Source of the DNA: Sandarakinorhabdus limnophila DSM 17366
Lineage (GTDB): Bacteria; Pseudomonadota; Alphaproteobacteria; Sphingomonadales; Sphingomonadaceae
Length of the DNA: 64,000 nucleotides
Direction of reading: 5' to 3'
Assembly (NCBI RefSeq): GCF_945882885.1
Contig: NZ_CAMCWT010000005.1
Span: 18,590-82,589 of the forward strand
Below, one piece after another: positions 10,087-21,955 of this stretch. The notes beneath the pieces were generated by a model that had not been told where the DNA came from, did not search any database, and saw only the letters and a program-made list of their open reading frames with translations. The translations under genes were made by a program, and so were the position numbers. Within the stretch, counting starts at the first letter, position 1, and each line of letters starts with the position of its first letter.

Positions 10087-12569
10087 GCCGCAGCGCGCCG
10101 TGTTAGCGGGAACGGCTGCGGCTGGCCGAACAGCCAGCCCTGGGCGAGATCGCAGCCCAGCCGGGTAAGCAGCTGGCGCTGGGCGTCATTCTCCACCCCT
10201 TCAGCCACCACCTGCTTGCCCATCGAATGCGCCAGATCGATGGTGGCGCGAACCACCTGCTGGTTGCCGGCCGATTCCGAAAGGCGGTCGATGAAACTGC
10301 GATCAATCTTGACGATGTTGGCCGGCACATTGCGCAGCTGGATCAGGCTTGCATGACCAGTGCCGAAATCATCCAGCGCCACATTCACGCCGGCATCACG
10401 CAGGCATTCCAGCGCCTCGATCAGCGCGCCGCCCAGGCCGCTCATCACCACCGATTCCGTCACTTCCACCACCAACGCATGCGGCGGCACACGGTGGCGG
10501 GCCAGTTCATCCAGGATGGCGACGGCAGCGGCCGTGCCCTGCAACTGGCTGCCAACGAAACTGATCGCCATGGTCAGATCCCTGCCGTCGCTCCGCAGCC
10601 TGGCCAATTGTTCCAGTGCCGATTTCAATACATGGGCCTGCAACTGGGGCAGCAGCGTTGATTCGCGCAGCACATCGGGGAAATCGCCGGGGGCCAGCTG
10701 GCCCAGCCGCGGATGCTGCCAGCGCAGCAGCGCTTCATAGCCAACAAGCGTATCATCCAGCTGCACGATGCGCTGATAATGCGGCAGGAACTGGTTGCCA
10801 GCCAGGCCAACGCGGGCTTCCGACAACAGGCGGCTGCGCGCTTCGGCTTCATCAGCCATGCTGCTGTCATAACTGCGCCAGCAACCACGGCCCGCCGCCT
10901 TGGCCCGGTACAGCGCCAGATCAGCCTGCTTGAAGATGCGGGCCAGAGCCACGCCCTTGTTTTCTGACGAACTGTGGCCAGCGCAGATCGAGATGGTCAG
11001 ATTATGGCCCGAATGGCGCAGCGGAACACCGGACGACAGCGCGATCATCTGGCGCACGGCCGACAGGCGTTCGCGCGCCGCGCCGGTCAGCAGGATCACG
11101 AACTCGTCACCGCCAACCCGGGCGATATTGGCTTCGGGGCCGGCCGCTGCTGTCAGCCGTTCTGCCACCGCCACGATCAGCGCATCGCCCGCATCATGGC
11201 CGGCCATGTCGTTCGTCTGCTTCAGGAAATCGATATCGATGGCGATCACGTCGATGCCAGAATTGCGGGTCAGCGGCTGTTCCAGCATGTTCTGGAACAG
11301 GGCGCGGTTGCCCAGGCCGGTGAGCGCATCAGTGGTGGCCACCCGGAACAGCGTATCGCGTTCGGCATCGGCGGCATCGGCATCGCGGCGCAGCTGGCGG
11401 AAGCGATCGGCAATGGCCAGCGACAGCAACAGCGATTCCCAGCCGACGGCGGCAAAGCCGGCAAGATCGACCAGATCATCCTGCGGCAGCAGGCTGAAGT
11501 TGCGGAAGATGCGCAACACCAGCACGGCCAGCGCCGGCAGCCAACCAGCCAGATAATACCAGATCGCCCGGCTGCCGCGCAGCGCCGCAAAGCCCGAGCC
11601 AACCGTGAGCGTAAGCGTGACGATGATCAGCGTGATGTTGAGCAGAAGATCGCCCAGCGCTGCTGGAAACAGCGTGTCAAACGCCGCCACCACTGATGCA
11701 AGCGCCACGCCCATGCCGGCAAGCTGACCAAAATCGATCAGGCGCTGGGGCAACTTGTCCTTCTCGATCAGCGAGAAGAAGAAGGCGGCGCCAGACACCA
11801 CCATCAGGCCAAGCAGCAGGTAGAAGGTGCGCACCGCTGCTGGCCCGGCAAGGAACGGGAAGATATTGAGGATCGCACCCGACCACACCAGCAAATAGCC
11901 CAGGCTGCCCGCCAGCCACACGACATACCAGCGTTGGAACCCGGTGCGCAGCCAGGTGAGCAGGAACATGTTGTAAACAAAGGCCGAGAACAACATGCCG
12001 AGCACAAGGGCGACCTGCACCGTCCAGCGCAGCAGATGCGATTCATGGCCGGCGGCATCCATCGCCTTGATGGTGCGCAGCAGGCCCGGCCCGTCCATGT
12101 TGCGATAGCCGATCTGGATGGCCGTCACATCAGGGCCCGCAACCGGAATCTGGAAGCGCAGATTATTGCCCATTGTCCAGTTGCGGCTGAGCTCGAACTG
12201 GCCACGGCGGATCACCGCCACGCCGCCTTCGTGCACCACCCGAATTTCGATGGCGGTGAAGCGGACATTGTCGATCACGAGGTTCCAGCCCGCTGGCATG
12301 CGCTGCAGCCGGGCGGGATCGACAGCAAACCACGTCCATTTGCTGGGCATGTCCTTGCCCGAACCCGGTGCAATGGGGGTGATACAGCTGTTGCCCTGGC
12401 AGGTCGGAACTTGCCGGTACGCAAGTTGCACGTTCTCAGCTCGCGCTGGTGCCACCCATAACGCGAAGAACGGCCCCACCACCAATACGATCAGACCCCA
12501 AGATCGTTTGGTGAAGGGGGCCAGGCGGCTCATCAGAGCCGATGTCGGTCTGCTGCCTTGTCGCAACAT
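10083..12569 (-). CDS. 7TM-DISM sensor with GGDEF diguanylate cyclase and EAL phosphodiesterase domains
   Basis: 828 aa with an N-terminal exported domain and about 7 TM helices. It has an intact GGDEF ([11 protein letters not shown]), the EAL motif (GYEALLRW) and EVTES. Its stop overlaps the nadB stop (CTAG at 10083-10086). Confidence 0.85.
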   Translation of the reverse strand: MLRQGSRPTSALMSRLAPFTKRSWGLIVLVVGPFFALWVAPARAENVQLAYRQVPTCQGNSCITPIAPGSGKDMPSKWTWFAVDPARLQRMPAGWNLVIDNVRFTAIEIRVVHEGGVAVIRRGQFELSRNWTMGNNLRFQIPVAGPDVTAIQIGYRNMDGPGLLRTIKAMDAAGHESHLLRWTVQVALVLGMLFSAFVYNMFLLTWLRTGFQRWYVVWLAGSLGYLLVWSGAILNIFPFLAGPAAVRTFYLLLGLMVVSGAAFFFSLIEKDKLPQRLIDFGQLAGMGVALASVVAAFDTLFPAALGDLLLNITLIIVTLTLTVGSGFAALRGSRAIWYYLAGWLPALAVLVLRIFRNFSLLPQDDLVDLAGFAAVGWESLLLSLAIADRFRQLRRDADAADAERDTLFRVATTDALTGLGNRALFQNMLEQPLTRNSGIDVIAIDIDFLKQTNDMAGHDAGDALIVAVAERLTAAAGPEANIARVGGDEFVILLTGAARERLSAVRQMIALSSGVPLRHSGHNLTISICAGHSSSENKGVALARIFKQADLALYRAKAAGRGCWRSYDSSMADEAEARSRLLSEARVGLAGNQFLPHYQRIVQLDDTLVGYEALLRWQHPRLGQLAPGDFPDVLRESTLLPQLQAHVLKSALEQLARLRSDGRDLTMAISFVGSQLQGTAAAVAILDELARHRVPPHALVVEVTESVVMSGLGGALIEALECLRDAGVNVALDDFGTGHASLIQLRNVPANIVKIDRSFIDRLSESAGNQQVVRATIDLAHSMGKQVVAEGVENDAQRQLLTRLGCDLAQGWLFGQPQPFPLTRRAAA

Positions 12570-12687
12570 TCCGTCCTTTGCTTACCCCTCGTAAGAGACA
12601 AACATACGGGAGAAGCCGTTTAGGAACCATTACCGCCTCGTTCTGATGGCGGCTATTGAGGGTGAAACCCAGACAATTCAGTCCGAA

Positions 12688-14103
12688 TCAGCGCATTAAC
12701 TGGCGAACATCCACCAGATGCCCCGAAATAGCCGCCGCTGCTGCCATCGCGGGCGACAACAAGTGCGTGCGCGCACCTGGGCCCTGCCGGCCAACGAAAT
12801 TGCGATTCGAGGTGCTGGCACAGCGCTCGCCGGCAGGCACCTGATCGGGGTTCATGCCCAGGCACATGGAACAGCCCGGCTCACGCCATTCGAAGCCGGC
12901 ATCAATGAAGATGCGGTCCAACCCTTCGGCTTCGGCCTGGCGCTTCACGAGGCCGGAACCCGGTACCACCAGCGCCTGCCGCACGTTGCCGGCCACCTTG
13001 CGGCCGCGCACCACATCGGCAGCCACGCGCAGATCCTCGATGCGGCTGTTGGTGCAGCTGCCGATGAAGATGTTTTCCACCGGCACATCGGCCATGCGGG
13101 TGCCCGGCGTCAAGCCCATATAATCCAGGCTCTTCTGCGCCGCCGCGCGCTTGCCGGCATCGGCGAAGCTGGCCGGATCGGGCACCACATCGGTGATGGC
13201 AACCACGTCATCCGGGCTGGTACCCCAGGTGACGAGCGGGGCAATGGCGCTGCCGTCGATGGTGATGCGCTTGTCATACGTCGCGCCCGGATCGGTTTTC
13301 AGCGTCTTCCACCAGGCCAGCGCTGCCTCCCATGCTGCACCCTTGGGCGCACGAGGGCGGCCTTCAACATAGGCGAAGGTCTTTTCATCCGGCGCGATCA
13401 GGCCGGCGCGGGCGCCGGCTTCGATCGCCATGTTGCACAGCGTCATCCGCCCTTCCATGGAGAGCGCCTCGATCACTGGGCCGGTATATTCGATGACATG
13501 CCCGGCACCGCCGCCCGAACCCAGCACGCCGCACACGGCCAGCGCCACATCCTTGGCGGAGACGGAAAAGCCGAGCTCGCCCATCACATGCACCTGCAGC
13601 GTTTTGGACTGACGCAACAGCAGCGTTTGCGTTGCAAACACATGCTCCACTTCCGAGGTGCCGATACCAAAAGCCAGCGCGCCGAACGCACCATGGGTGG
13701 CGGTGTGGCTGTCCCCACAGACCATAGTAACACCCGGCAGGGTGAAGCCCTGTTCCGGGCCGATGACGTGGACGATGCCCTGTTCCGGCGAATCGATGTT
13801 GTAGAGCTCCACCCCGAAATCGGCGCAGTTTTGCACCAGCGCGTCGAGTTGTGCCTTCGACATCGGATCGAGGATCGGCAGCCGGCGATCCGTGGTGGGC
13901 ACGTTGTGATCGGGCACGGCCAGCGTCAGATCGGGCCGGCGCAACCTGCGGCCAGCGATACGCAGCGCCTCAAACGCCTGCGGGGTGGTTACTTCGTGGA
14001 TGAGGTGGCGATCGATGAAGATCAGCGCGGTGCCGTCATCAAGCGACTGGACGACATGATCGTCCCAGATCTTCTGGTAGAGGGTGCGGGGGGTGCTGCT
14101 CAT
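12688..14103 (-). CDS. leuC: 3-isopropylmalate dehydratase large subunit
   Basis: [18 protein letters not shown]..., GDSHT and Cys ligands of the aconitase family. The ATG at 14103 is preferred over the track start at 14133. Confidence 0.92.
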   Translation of the reverse strand: MSSTPRTLYQKIWDDHVVQSLDDGTALIFIDRHLIHEVTTPQAFEALRIAGRRLRRPDLTLAVPDHNVPTTDRRLPILDPMSKAQLDALVQNCADFGVELYNIDSPEQGIVHVIGPEQGFTLPGVTMVCGDSHTATHGAFGALAFGIGTSEVEHVFATQTLLLRQSKTLQVHVMGELGFSVSAKDVALAVCGVLGSGGGAGHVIEYTGPVIEALSMEGRMTLCNMAIEAGARAGLIAPDEKTFAYVEGRPRAPKGAAWEAALAWWKTLKTDPGATYDKRITIDGSAIAPLVTWGTSPDDVVAITDVVPDPASFADAGKRAAAQKSLDYMGLTPGTRMADVPVENIFIGSCTNSRIEDLRVAADVVRGRKVAGNVRQALVVPGSGLVKRQAEAEGLDRIFIDAGFEWREPGCSMCLGMNPDQVPAGERCASTSNRNFVGRQGPGARTHLLSPAMAAAAAISGHLVDVRQLMR

Positions 14104-14154
14104 GGGTGCGGCTGTGCCAAGGCCGCGCACCAAAATCCAGCGGCAAATGACGCG

Positions 14155-15402
14155 TCAGCCGGCGATCTGCTTCAGGGCGGCAATCAGCGCGTCCACCTCA
14201 TCCAGCGTGTTGTAGTGGGTGAAGCCCACCCGCACCGCACCGCGATCGCGCAGGCCCAGCACGCCGGCAGGTTCCCACGCGTAATAATAGCCGTTCCACA
14301 CGAAGATGTTTCGCGCCGCCAGATCGGCCGCGATGGCATCGGCGCTATGGCCTTCAATCTCGAACGTGAAGGTCGCCACCCGCTCGTGGAGACGGTTGGC
14401 GTTGGCAATGCCGTGCAGTGTCACGCCCGGCACAGTGGCGATGCCGGTGAGGAAGCGCCGCATCAATTCGGTCTCGTGCGCCTGCGCCGCCGCCAGGCCG
14501 GCCACCAGCCGCTGGCGCAGCGATGCATCACCGCTCACCGTGCCCGCAGCAATTCCCAGCCACGCCATATGCTCGATGGCCGCCGTGGTGCCGGCCATGG
14601 CCTCGAAACTGGGCGTGCCGGGCATCAGCCGGGTCGGCATTACATCAACCGAGGGACGGACCTTCAGCGGCCGGATCAGCCCCTGCAAGCGATGGGAGAT
14701 GTACATGATGCCAAGGTGCGGCCCGAAGAATTTATAGGCCGATGCCGCTATCAGATCGCAGCCGATGGCCTGCACATCCAATGCGATATGCGGGGCAGAC
14801 TGCACGGCATCGACAATGCTCACCGCGCCCACGGCGCGCGCGGCGGCGCAGACGGCGGTAACATCGTTGATGGTGCCGAGGAAGTTGCTGGCATGACCCA
14901 CGGCAACGGCGCGGGTGCGTGCGTCGATCAGATCGGGCAACGTTTCCAGTTTGAGCGCGAACGTCTCGCGATCCCACTCGATGAAGCGCACCTCCACCCC
15001 GCGCGCCTCGGCCGCCTGCAACCAGGGCGAAACATTGGCATCATGATCCATGCGGGTGAGCAGGATATTGTCCCCTGCCTGCCAGTTGGCGGCAATCAGC
15101 GGCGCCATCTGGAAGAACAAGCTGGTGGTGTTGAGGCCGAAGATCACTTCATCCTCGGCGCAGTTGAAACAGGCTGCGGCGGCGGCGAGCGCGGCTTCGA
15201 CGATGGCACCGGTCGCCACAGACGTGCGGAAGGTGCCGCCATCATTGGCGCAAGCTTCGATCATGGTGCGGCTCATCGCCTCCACGACCCGGCCCGCGAC
15301 CTGGGTGCCGGCCGGCGCGTCGAGATAGAGGCGCGGGAGCCCATCGTCGGCAAGGGCCAGCGCCGGGAAGGCGGCGCGCACGTTGTCCATCGGCAATGTC
15401 AT
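14155..15402 (-). CDS. class V aminotransferase / cysteine desulfurase-like PLP enzyme
   Basis: 415 aa with the PLP-lysine motif SAYKFFGPHLG. Confidence 0.8.
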   Translation of the reverse strand: MTLPMDNVRAAFPALALADDGLPRLYLDAPAGTQVAGRVVEAMSRTMIEACANDGGTFRTSVATGAIVEAALAAAAACFNCAEDEVIFGLNTTSLFFQMAPLIAANWQAGDNILLTRMDHDANVSPWLQAAEARGVEVRFIEWDRETFALKLETLPDLIDARTRAVAVGHASNFLGTINDVTAVCAAARAVGAVSIVDAVQSAPHIALDVQAIGCDLIAASAYKFFGPHLGIMYISHRLQGLIRPLKVRPSVDVMPTRLMPGTPSFEAMAGTTAAIEHMAWLGIAAGTVSGDASLRQRLVAGLAAAQAHETELMRRFLTGIATVPGVTLHGIANANRLHERVATFTFEIEGHSADAIAADLAARNIFVWNGYYYAWEPAGVLGLRDRGAVRVGFTHYNTLDEVDALIAALKQIAG

Positions 15403-15429
15403 GTTCGTCCCCCGCCTGTTGCGGGAGGT

Positions 15430-15972
15430 TTATTGGCCCAGCGCGTCGACGGCGGCAAGCACCGCTTCGGGTTGTGGGCGCTGGCGGTAGTTTGATTCCA
15501 TCAGCCGCGCGCGGATCACGCCCTTCTTGTCGATCACATAGACCGCCGGCAGCGGCACCCCATGGGCGCGATTACCGGGCGGGTAGGCCGGATCGCGCAA
15601 CTGCCAGCGATCGATAACCTTCGACTGCGGATCCGATAGCAGCGGCCAGGCCACCTTGCGCTCGGCAGCGAACTTGGCGAGCACGGCTGGATCGTCATAC
15701 GACAGGCCAACCAGTGCGTAACCGCGACTGTTCAGCCCCGCCGCCGCACTCTCGTTCATGGCGATCAGCTGGGCCTTGCAGAACGGGCACCAGGACGCCG
15801 AGCGGAAGAACATCAGTACCGTGCCTTTGCGGCCGGCGAGTTGCTTCAGCGTCCGGGTCTTGCCCGCAATGTCGGCACCTGAAACTGCGAGCGCCTTGTC
15901 TCCTACGGCGGGAAAGGCGACGACCGGCGCTGCGATGACGGAAAGGGCGATGAAGGCGGGGAGAATGCGCAT
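15430..15972 (-). CDS. exported thioredoxin-fold redoxin (AhpC/TSA family)
   Basis: 180 aa with a signal peptide MRILPAFIALSVIAAPVVA and the WCPFC active site. Confidence 0.8.
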   Translation of the reverse strand: MRILPAFIALSVIAAPVVAFPAVGDKALAVSGADIAGKTRTLKQLAGRKGTVLMFFRSASWCPFCKAQLIAMNESAAAGLNSRGYALVGLSYDDPAVLAKFAAERKVAWPLLSDPQSKVIDRWQLRDPAYPPGNRAHGVPLPAVYVIDKKGVIRARLMESNYRQRPQPEAVLAAVDALGQ

Positions 15973-16011
15973 GCAAAGTCTTTCGCATGGCAGCCGGCAA
16001 AGGTTGCAGCC

Positions 16012-17034
16012 CTATTCCTCGTCAAGCAGCGGCAGTTGCACCTGATCGGCCGGCGGCAGCAGCCCCAGATGCTTCCAGGCCGGGCCGTTGAGCATGCGGC
16101 CGCGGGCGGTGCGGGCGATCAGGCCCTGCTGGATCAGGAAGGGCTCGATCACGTCTTCCACCGTGTCGCGCGCCTCACTAAGACCGGCGGCGAGCGTTTC
16201 TATGCCGACCGGGCCACCGCGATAGATATCGGCGATCATCATCAGGTAACGCCGGTCCATCGCGTCGAGGCCGAGGCGATCGACCTCCAGTCGGCTGAGC
16301 GAGGCATCAGCCATGCGGGCAGTGACTTCGGTCTGGCCGGCGGCAGCCGCGAAATCGCGCACACGGCGCAGCAGCCTGCCGGCGATGCGCGGCGTGCCAC
16401 GGGCCCGCGCCGCAATCTCGCGCGCCCCATCGGCGGTGAGCGGCAATTCGAGCAGCCGCGCAGCGCGGGTGACGACCTGTTCCAGCTCATCGATGGAGTA
16501 GAAATTGAGGCGCAGCGGGATACCGAAACGATCGCGCAGCGGTGTCGTCAACAACCCGGCGCGGGTGGTAGCGCCAACCAGGGTGAACGCCGGCAGATCG
16601 ATGCGCACGCTGCGCGCCGACGGGCCTTCGCCGATCATGATGTCGAGCACCCGATCTTCCATGGCCGGATAGAGGATTTCCTCCACGGCGGGCGACATGC
16701 GGTGGATTTCGTCGATGAACAGCACATCATGCGGTTCGAGATTGGTGAGGATAGCCGCAAGATCGCCGGCCTTGGCGATGACGGGGCCAGACGTGGCCCG
16801 GATGCCCACGCCCAGTTCGCGCGCCACGATCTGCGCCAGCGTTGTCTTGCCCAGGCCGGGCGGGCCGTGCAGCAGCACATGGTCCATCGCCTCGCCGCGC
16901 GCGCGGGCCGCCGAAATGAACACGCCCAGATTCTCACGCAGGCCCTGCTGGCCGATGAACTCGTCCAGCCCCTTGGGCCGCAGCGCGGCATCAATATCGT
17001 CCGGGCGACGTTGCGGGGTGAGATCGGCGGTCAT
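16012..17034 (-). CDS. ruvB: Holliday junction branch migration helicase RuvB
   Basis: 340 aa with Walker [12 protein letters not shown] and a typical RuvB sequence throughout. Confidence 0.95.
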   Translation of the reverse strand: MTADLTPQRRPDDIDAALRPKGLDEFIGQQGLRENLGVFISAARARGEAMDHVLLHGPPGLGKTTLAQIVARELGVGIRATSGPVIAKAGDLAAILTNLEPHDVLFIDEIHRMSPAVEEILYPAMEDRVLDIMIGEGPSARSVRIDLPAFTLVGATTRAGLLTTPLRDRFGIPLRLNFYSIDELEQVVTRAARLLELPLTADGAREIAARARGTPRIAGRLLRRVRDFAAAAGQTEVTARMADASLSRLEVDRLGLDAMDRRYLMMIADIYRGGPVGIETLAAGLSEARDTVEDVIEPFLIQQGLIARTARGRMLNGPAWKHLGLLPPADQVQLPLLDEE

Positions 17035-17048
17035 CTGGTCCCCGTCTC

Positions 17049-17645
17049 TTACCGCGCGCTCTTCTTCAGCGCCACACGCACCACGTCGTTGAGGGCAGCC
17101 CCCTCGCCCAGTTCAGCCAGCGCCTCGGAAACCGCGCGGCTGGCGTCCATCGGGCGGAAACCAAGGGCAGCCAGCGCAGAAACGGCATCTTCCACCACGC
17201 GGGCGCCGGCCGTGACTGGCAAAGGCGCACCGGCGGAGACAGCGACGCCGCCCATCTTGCCTTTCAATTCGTTTGCGATGCGGGCGGCAAGTTTGGGGCC
17301 GACTCCGTTGGCGCGAGCCAGCGATGCGGAATCACCCGCTGCGACCGCGTGCGCGACCTGATCGGGCGTAAGCACAGAGAGAATGTTGAGCGCCACCCGG
17401 CCGCCAACGCCCTGCACCGTGATCAGCACCCGGAAGGCAGCGAGTTCGGATTCGGAAACGCAGCCGAACAGAGTGATGGCGTCTTCCCGCACCTGGGTTT
17501 CGATGTGCAGCGCCACCGGCCGCCCCACCGACAGCGAAGCCAGCATGCGGGTGGAGGCCTGCACCAGATAGCCGACGCCGTTCACATCAACGATCACGCT
17601 ATCGGCCGAAACGCTGTCCACCAATCCCTTGAGCCGCGCGATCAC
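17049..17645 (-). CDS. ruvA: Holliday junction DNA helicase RuvA
   Basis: The family N-terminus (V)[11 protein letters not shown]... begins at the GTG at 17645, which overlaps the ruvC stop (GTGA). The 270-aa track ORF is an upstream extension. Confidence 0.9.
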   Translation of the reverse strand: MIARLKGLVDSVSADSVIVDVNGVGYLVQASTRMLASLSVGRPVALHIETQVREDAITLFGCVSESELAAFRVLITVQGVGGRVALNILSVLTPDQVAHAVAAGDSASLARANGVGPKLAARIANELKGKMGGVAVSAGAPLPVTAGARVVEDAVSALAALGFRPMDASRAVSEALAELGEGAALNDVVRVALKKSAR

Positions 17646-18133
17646 AGCAGGCCCTTTCGCAAACTGGCACCCAGATGTGCATGAGCAATCGCCACGGCCA
17701 GCGCGTCTGCCGCATCGGCCCCCACCACTTTCACGCCTGGCAACAACCGCTCCACCATCGCCTGCACCTGATCCTTGCTGGCACTGCCCACCCCGGTCAG
17801 CGCCTTCTTCACCAGCCTTGTGGCATATTCCGCCACGGGCAAGCCAGCACGCGCCGTACAAAGCAGCACGACGCCGCGCGCCTGCCCCAGTTTCAGCGTC
17901 GATTGCGGATTGGCGTTGACGAACACCTCCTCCACGGCGGCTTCGGTGGCGCCGTGGTCGTCGATCACCGTCATCAGGCCGTCATGCAGCGCCACCAGCC
18001 GTTCGGCCAGCGGCGCGTTGGCCGACGTTTTCACCGTGCCGTGAGCGATGTGGCGCAGGCGATTGCCCTCAGCCACGATCACGCCCCACCCCGTCGCCGC
18101 CAAACCGGGATCGAGGCCGAGGATCAGCCTCAC
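17642..18133 (-). CDS. ruvC: crossover junction endodeoxyribonuclease RuvC
   Basis: The family N-terminus (V)[18 protein letters not shown] begins at the GTG at 18133, which overlaps the stop of the upstream gene (GTGA). Confidence 0.9.
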   Translation of the reverse strand: MRLILGLDPGLAATGWGVIVAEGNRLRHIAHGTVKTSANAPLAERLVALHDGLMTVIDDHGATEAAVEEVFVNANPQSTLKLGQARGVVLLCTARAGLPVAEYATRLVKKALTGVGSASKDQVQAMVERLLPGVKVVGADAADALAVAIAHAHLGASLRKGLL

Positions 18134-18576
18134 GGTTTGCCGGGCGCTCCGTTGGACAGCGTCACGAATGTTTCGCTGCGCAGTTTCCAGCCCGTGGGCG
18201 TGGGCACCCACACCGCCAGATATTCGCCGCTGAACCGGCCGGTGAGGCTGCCACCCGACCAATGACCGCGTTCCATCGCGCGCAGCGGCGGGACGGCGAC
18301 CGTGACCACGTCGGGTGTGCGCACGAAACCGAGAAAGCCCGGCGTCTTGAAGGCGCGGGCAAAATAATCGGCCATGGCGTCGGCGCCGATAATGGCTTCG
18401 CCGCCGGTGCCGGCAATGCCGACATAGCCCTCCCCCAGCGCGGCGCGCACGCCAGCGGCATCGCGGGCGGCGATCGCGGCGTTGTAAGCGGCGCGCGCGG
18501 CCTTGATGTCGGCAACAGGATCGGCAGCGGCAGGCGTGGCCATGATCATAGCGAGCGCAGTCAGCCCCAGCTTCAC
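18130..18576 (-). CDS. exported NTF2-like (DUF4440/SnoaL-like) protein
   Basis: 148 aa with the signal-like N-terminus (M)[19 protein letters not shown]. The fold assignment comes from the overall pattern only. Its GTG start overlaps the yebC stop (GTGA at 18573-18576). Confidence 0.55.
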   Translation of the reverse strand: MKLGLTALAMIMATPAAADPVADIKAARAAYNAAIAARDAAGVRAALGEGYVGIAGTGGEAIIGADAMADYFARAFKTPGFLGFVRTPDVVTVAVPPLRAMERGHWSGGSLTGRFSGEYLAVWVPTPTGWKLRSETFVTLSNGAPGKP

Positions 18577-19313
18577 AGACCGGCCATCACGTCGTCGGGC
18601 ACGTCATAATTGCCCCACACGGTCTGCACGTCGTCATCATCATCCAGCACGTCGATCAGCTTCATCAACTGCGCCGCATCCTCGGCGCCAACAATGACCA
18701 TCGTGCCCGGCTTCCACGCCAGCTTGGCCTGGCCGCTGTCCCCCAGCACCGGCTCCAGGGCGCGGGCGACGTCGTGCAGATTCTCGATGCTGCACCAGAT
18801 TTCGTGGCCATCCTCGCTCGATTCCACGTCGTCGGCACCAGCTTCCAGCGCGGCTTCGAACACGGCATCGGCACTGCCAGCGGCGGCGGGATAGGAAATC
18901 AGGCCCAGCCGCTCGAAGCCGTGCGAAACGCTGCCCGAAGCGCCGAGGTTGCCGCCATTCTTGGCCATCGCCGTGCGCACGTTGGTGGCGGTGCGGTTGC
19001 GGTTGTCGGTGAGCGTTTCGATGATCAGGCTCACGCCACCGGGGCCGAAGCCTTCGTAACGCACTTCCTCATAATTCGCGAGGTCACCACCCTGCGACTT
19101 GTCGATGGCGCGCTGGATATTGTCTTTCGGCATGCCTTCCACGCGGGCGGCGAGCACGGCGGCGCGCAGACGCGGGTTGTTGGCTGGATCGGGCATGCCC
19201 ATCTTCGCCGCCACGGTGATTTCGCGGGAAAGCTTTGAAAACAAGGCGCTGCGCTTTTTGTCCTGCGCGCCCTTGCGGTGCATGATGTTCTTGAATTTGC
19301 TGTGGCCGGCCAT
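18573..19313 (-). CDS. YebC/PmpR family DNA-binding transcriptional regulator
   Basis: 246 aa. [22 protein letters not shown]... is the hallmark YebC N-terminus. Confidence 0.92.
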   Translation of the reverse strand: MAGHSKFKNIMHRKGAQDKKRSALFSKLSREITVAAKMGMPDPANNPRLRAAVLAARVEGMPKDNIQRAIDKSQGGDLANYEEVRYEGFGPGGVSLIIETLTDNRNRTATNVRTAMAKNGGNLGASGSVSHGFERLGLISYPAAAGSADAVFEAALEAGADDVESSEDGHEIWCSIENLHDVARALEPVLGDSGQAKLAWKPGTMVIVGAEDAAQLMKLIDVLDDDDDVQTVWGNYDVPDDVMAGL

Positions 19314-19376
19314 GATCGTTCAACTGGTTGCAGGTTGGATGGCTGCGGCCTTAGCAACCCGCCCGCAAAACGGCAA

Positions 19377-19706
19377 TCAGCCCAGCTTCACGGCGGTACC
19401 AACGGCACCCACCATCAGCATCGAATCCGAAGCGCCCAAGGCGGCATAGCTGATCTGCACGCCGATCACGGCATCGGCGCCCATCGCCAGCGCCCGATCG
19501 GCCATTTCGCGCAGCGCTTCCTCGCGGGCGCCCTGCATCACTTCTTCATAGGCGCCGGAACGGCCGCCAACGATGTCGCGGATGCCGGCAAAGATATCGC
19601 GGAAGATGTTGGCACCCATGATGGCTTCACCAGCGACGACACCCAGATAGCGCGTCGCCATGCGGCCTTCGACCGTGGGAGTGGTGGTGACAATCAGTTC
19701 GGCCAT
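19377..19706 (-). CDS. YbjQ/UPF0145 family protein
   Basis: 109 aa from the ATG at 19706, preceded by AAGGAGG. Sequence: [15 protein letters not shown]...[24 protein letters not shown]. Confidence 0.8.
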   Translation of the reverse strand: MAELIVTTTPTVEGRMATRYLGVVAGEAIMGANIFRDIFAGIRDIVGGRSGAYEEVMQGAREEALREMADRALAMGADAVIGVQISYAALGASDSMLMVGAVGTAVKLG

Positions 19707-19717
19707 GACAGCCTCCT

Positions 19718-20486
19718 TCAGGCCAGAGTGGCCAGTGCCTGCTTCAGCATCACGCCGCACAGATGGGCGCGATATTCGGCACTGGCGTGGATATCGCTGT
19801 TGAGATCATCGGCGGCCAGCACCAGCCCGGCAGTATCGGTGCCGGCGTTCAGCGCGGCTTCCGCGTCCGTCCAGCGGAACACGCCTGGCCCGGCGCCGGT
19901 GACAGCGAGGCGCCAACCCGCAGCATGGCGGGCGACATAGACGCCGACCATGGCATAACGCGAGGCTGGATGGCGGAACTTGGCATAGGATGATTGCTGC
20001 GGGATGGTGAAGCCGACGCGGGTGATGATCTCGCTCTCAGCCAGCGCCGTAGTGAACATGCCCTGGAAGAAATCATCGGCCTTGTGGCTGCCGCGATCGG
20101 TTTCGATCACCGCGTCCAGCGCCAGCGCGGCGGCGGGATAATCGGCGGCCGGATCATTGTTGGCGATGCTGCCGCCCAACGTGCCGCGGTTGCGCACCTG
20201 CGCGTCGCCAATGCCGGCGGCCAGGCAAGCCAGACCCGGAATGGCGGTGGCGCCCGTGGCGACATCGGCATGGAGGGTGGTGGCACCAATCCACAGGCGA
20301 TCCCCGTCGCGACTGATGCCCGACAGGCCAAGGCCGGTCAGGTCCACCAATGCATCGGGCATGCGCAGCCGCGATTTCATGGCAGGGATCAGCGTGTGGC
20401 CACCGGCGAGATAGGCGGCTTCGCCATCAGTGCCGGCAAAGGCGGCCGTGGCCGCCGAAACGCTGGCCGGGCGATGCAGAGCGAAA

Positions 20487-20494
<8 letters not shown>
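19718..20494 (-). CDS. xanthine dehydrogenase/CO dehydrogenase family FAD-binding subunit (CoxM-like)
   Basis: 258 aa: ...[13 protein letters not shown]..., [17 protein letters not shown]. Confidence 0.85.
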
Positions 20495-20963
<469 letters not shown>

Positions 20964-21010
20964 TGGAGTCCCCTTGTGGGATTGAGCTTACGGGCGAGGT
21001 CGCCTGACAA

Positions 21011-21649
21011 TCAAGCCCGGCTGGCCATCATCTGCTTCAAGCCTTCGGCCTGCTCGGCAATCGCCTGCGCGCCCAGCGCACTGGCCTTGGCACGGGCCCA
21101 CCAGGCAGCGAGGCCGGGCTGTGCGGCCACCAGCGCCTTGGTCGGCATCGGGCCATCCAATGCATCAAGGAAGAAGAACAGCGGGATCAGCGCCGCATCG
21201 GCTTGGGTGAAGCTGTTGCCGTAGGCGAACGCGTCATCGGCGTTGCGGTAATGCTCGATGTAACCCAGCGCCTCACCCATGCCCTTGAGCGCGTCCGGCA
21301 CGCCGGCCGGGATCTCGCGGCCGCGGAACAGCCCGCCCAGTTGCGGTACGACATAGCTGTCAGCCAGCCGCACCAGCAACCGCACCTTGGTGGCGCCCAT
21401 GATATCGGCCGGGATCAGCTTGGGACCGGGCAGCGCCAGATCAAGATAATCGGCGATGACCTGGCTTTCCGGCAGCGCCAGATCACCATCGACCAGTAGT
21501 GGCATCTTGCCGGTGGGGCAGAGCGCCAGATATTCCGGGCACTTGATGCCCCCTTCAAAGCTGCCCAGCGTGACCTCGGCACCCTTTGCACGGCTCACCA
21601 GCAACGGCCGCATCACGAACGGCGAGAGCTTGCCCCCATAAAGAATCAT
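21011..21649 (-). CDS. glutathione S-transferase family protein
   Basis: 212 aa with a thioredoxin-like N-terminal GST domain (MILYGGKLSPFVMRP...) and an alpha-helical C-terminal domain. Confidence 0.75.
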   Translation of the reverse strand: MILYGGKLSPFVMRPLLVSRAKGAEVTLGSFEGGIKCPEYLALCPTGKMPLLVDGDLALPESQVIADYLDLALPGPKLIPADIMGATKVRLLVRLADSYVVPQLGGLFRGREIPAGVPDALKGMGEALGYIEHYRNADDAFAYGNSFTQADAALIPLFFFLDALDGPMPTKALVAAQPGLAAWWARAKASALGAQAIAEQAEGLKQMMASRA

Positions 21650-21663
21650 CGTTTTTCCCCCGA

Positions 21664-21921
21664 TTACAGGCCGATGGCGGCCCGGTAGGTTTCCAGCAGC
21701 GCTTCGGCTTCCTGCCGGGCGGCGGTTTCCATTTTCCGCAGCCGCACCAGCGTCTTCATCGTCTTGATATCGAAACCAGTGCCCTTGGCTTCGGCGTAGA
21801 CATCCTTGATGTCGTCGGCCATGCTCTTTTTTTCTTCTTCCAGCGTTTCGATGCGCTCGATGAACAGGCGCAACTGGGTGGCGGACACGCTTTCGGTGCC
21901 AGAGATCGTCTCGTCGCTCAT
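21664..21921 (-). CDS. gapR: DUF2312 nucleoid-associated protein (GapR family)
   Basis: 85 aa from the ATG at 21921: ...QLRLFIERIETLEEEKKSMADDIKDVYAEAKGTGFDIKTMKTLVRLRK. It closely follows the GapR/DUF2312 consensus as I recall it. Confidence 0.8.
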   Translation of the reverse strand: MSDETISGTESVSATQLRLFIERIETLEEEKKSMADDIKDVYAEAKGTGFDIKTMKTLVRLRKMETAARQEAEALLETYRAAIGL

Positions 21922-21955
21922 TTGGGTCCCTGTCTGAAATTGGTTGCCGCAGGGG

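Noticed and set aside
12718-15495. 925-aa ORF on the + strand, the longest in the track.
   Set aside because: It runs antisense across leuC, the intergenic gap and the desulfurase-like gene, both of which have unmistakable family motifs on the minus strand. Its product is an R/A/G/H-rich low-complexity string. This is a typical stop-poor antisense frame of GC-rich DNA.
17049-18262. Long N-terminal extensions of ruvA (270 aa) and ruvC (206 aa) in the track.
   Set aside because: The extensions overlap the upstream genes. The family N-termini begin exactly at GTG codons that form GTGA overlaps with the preceding stops.
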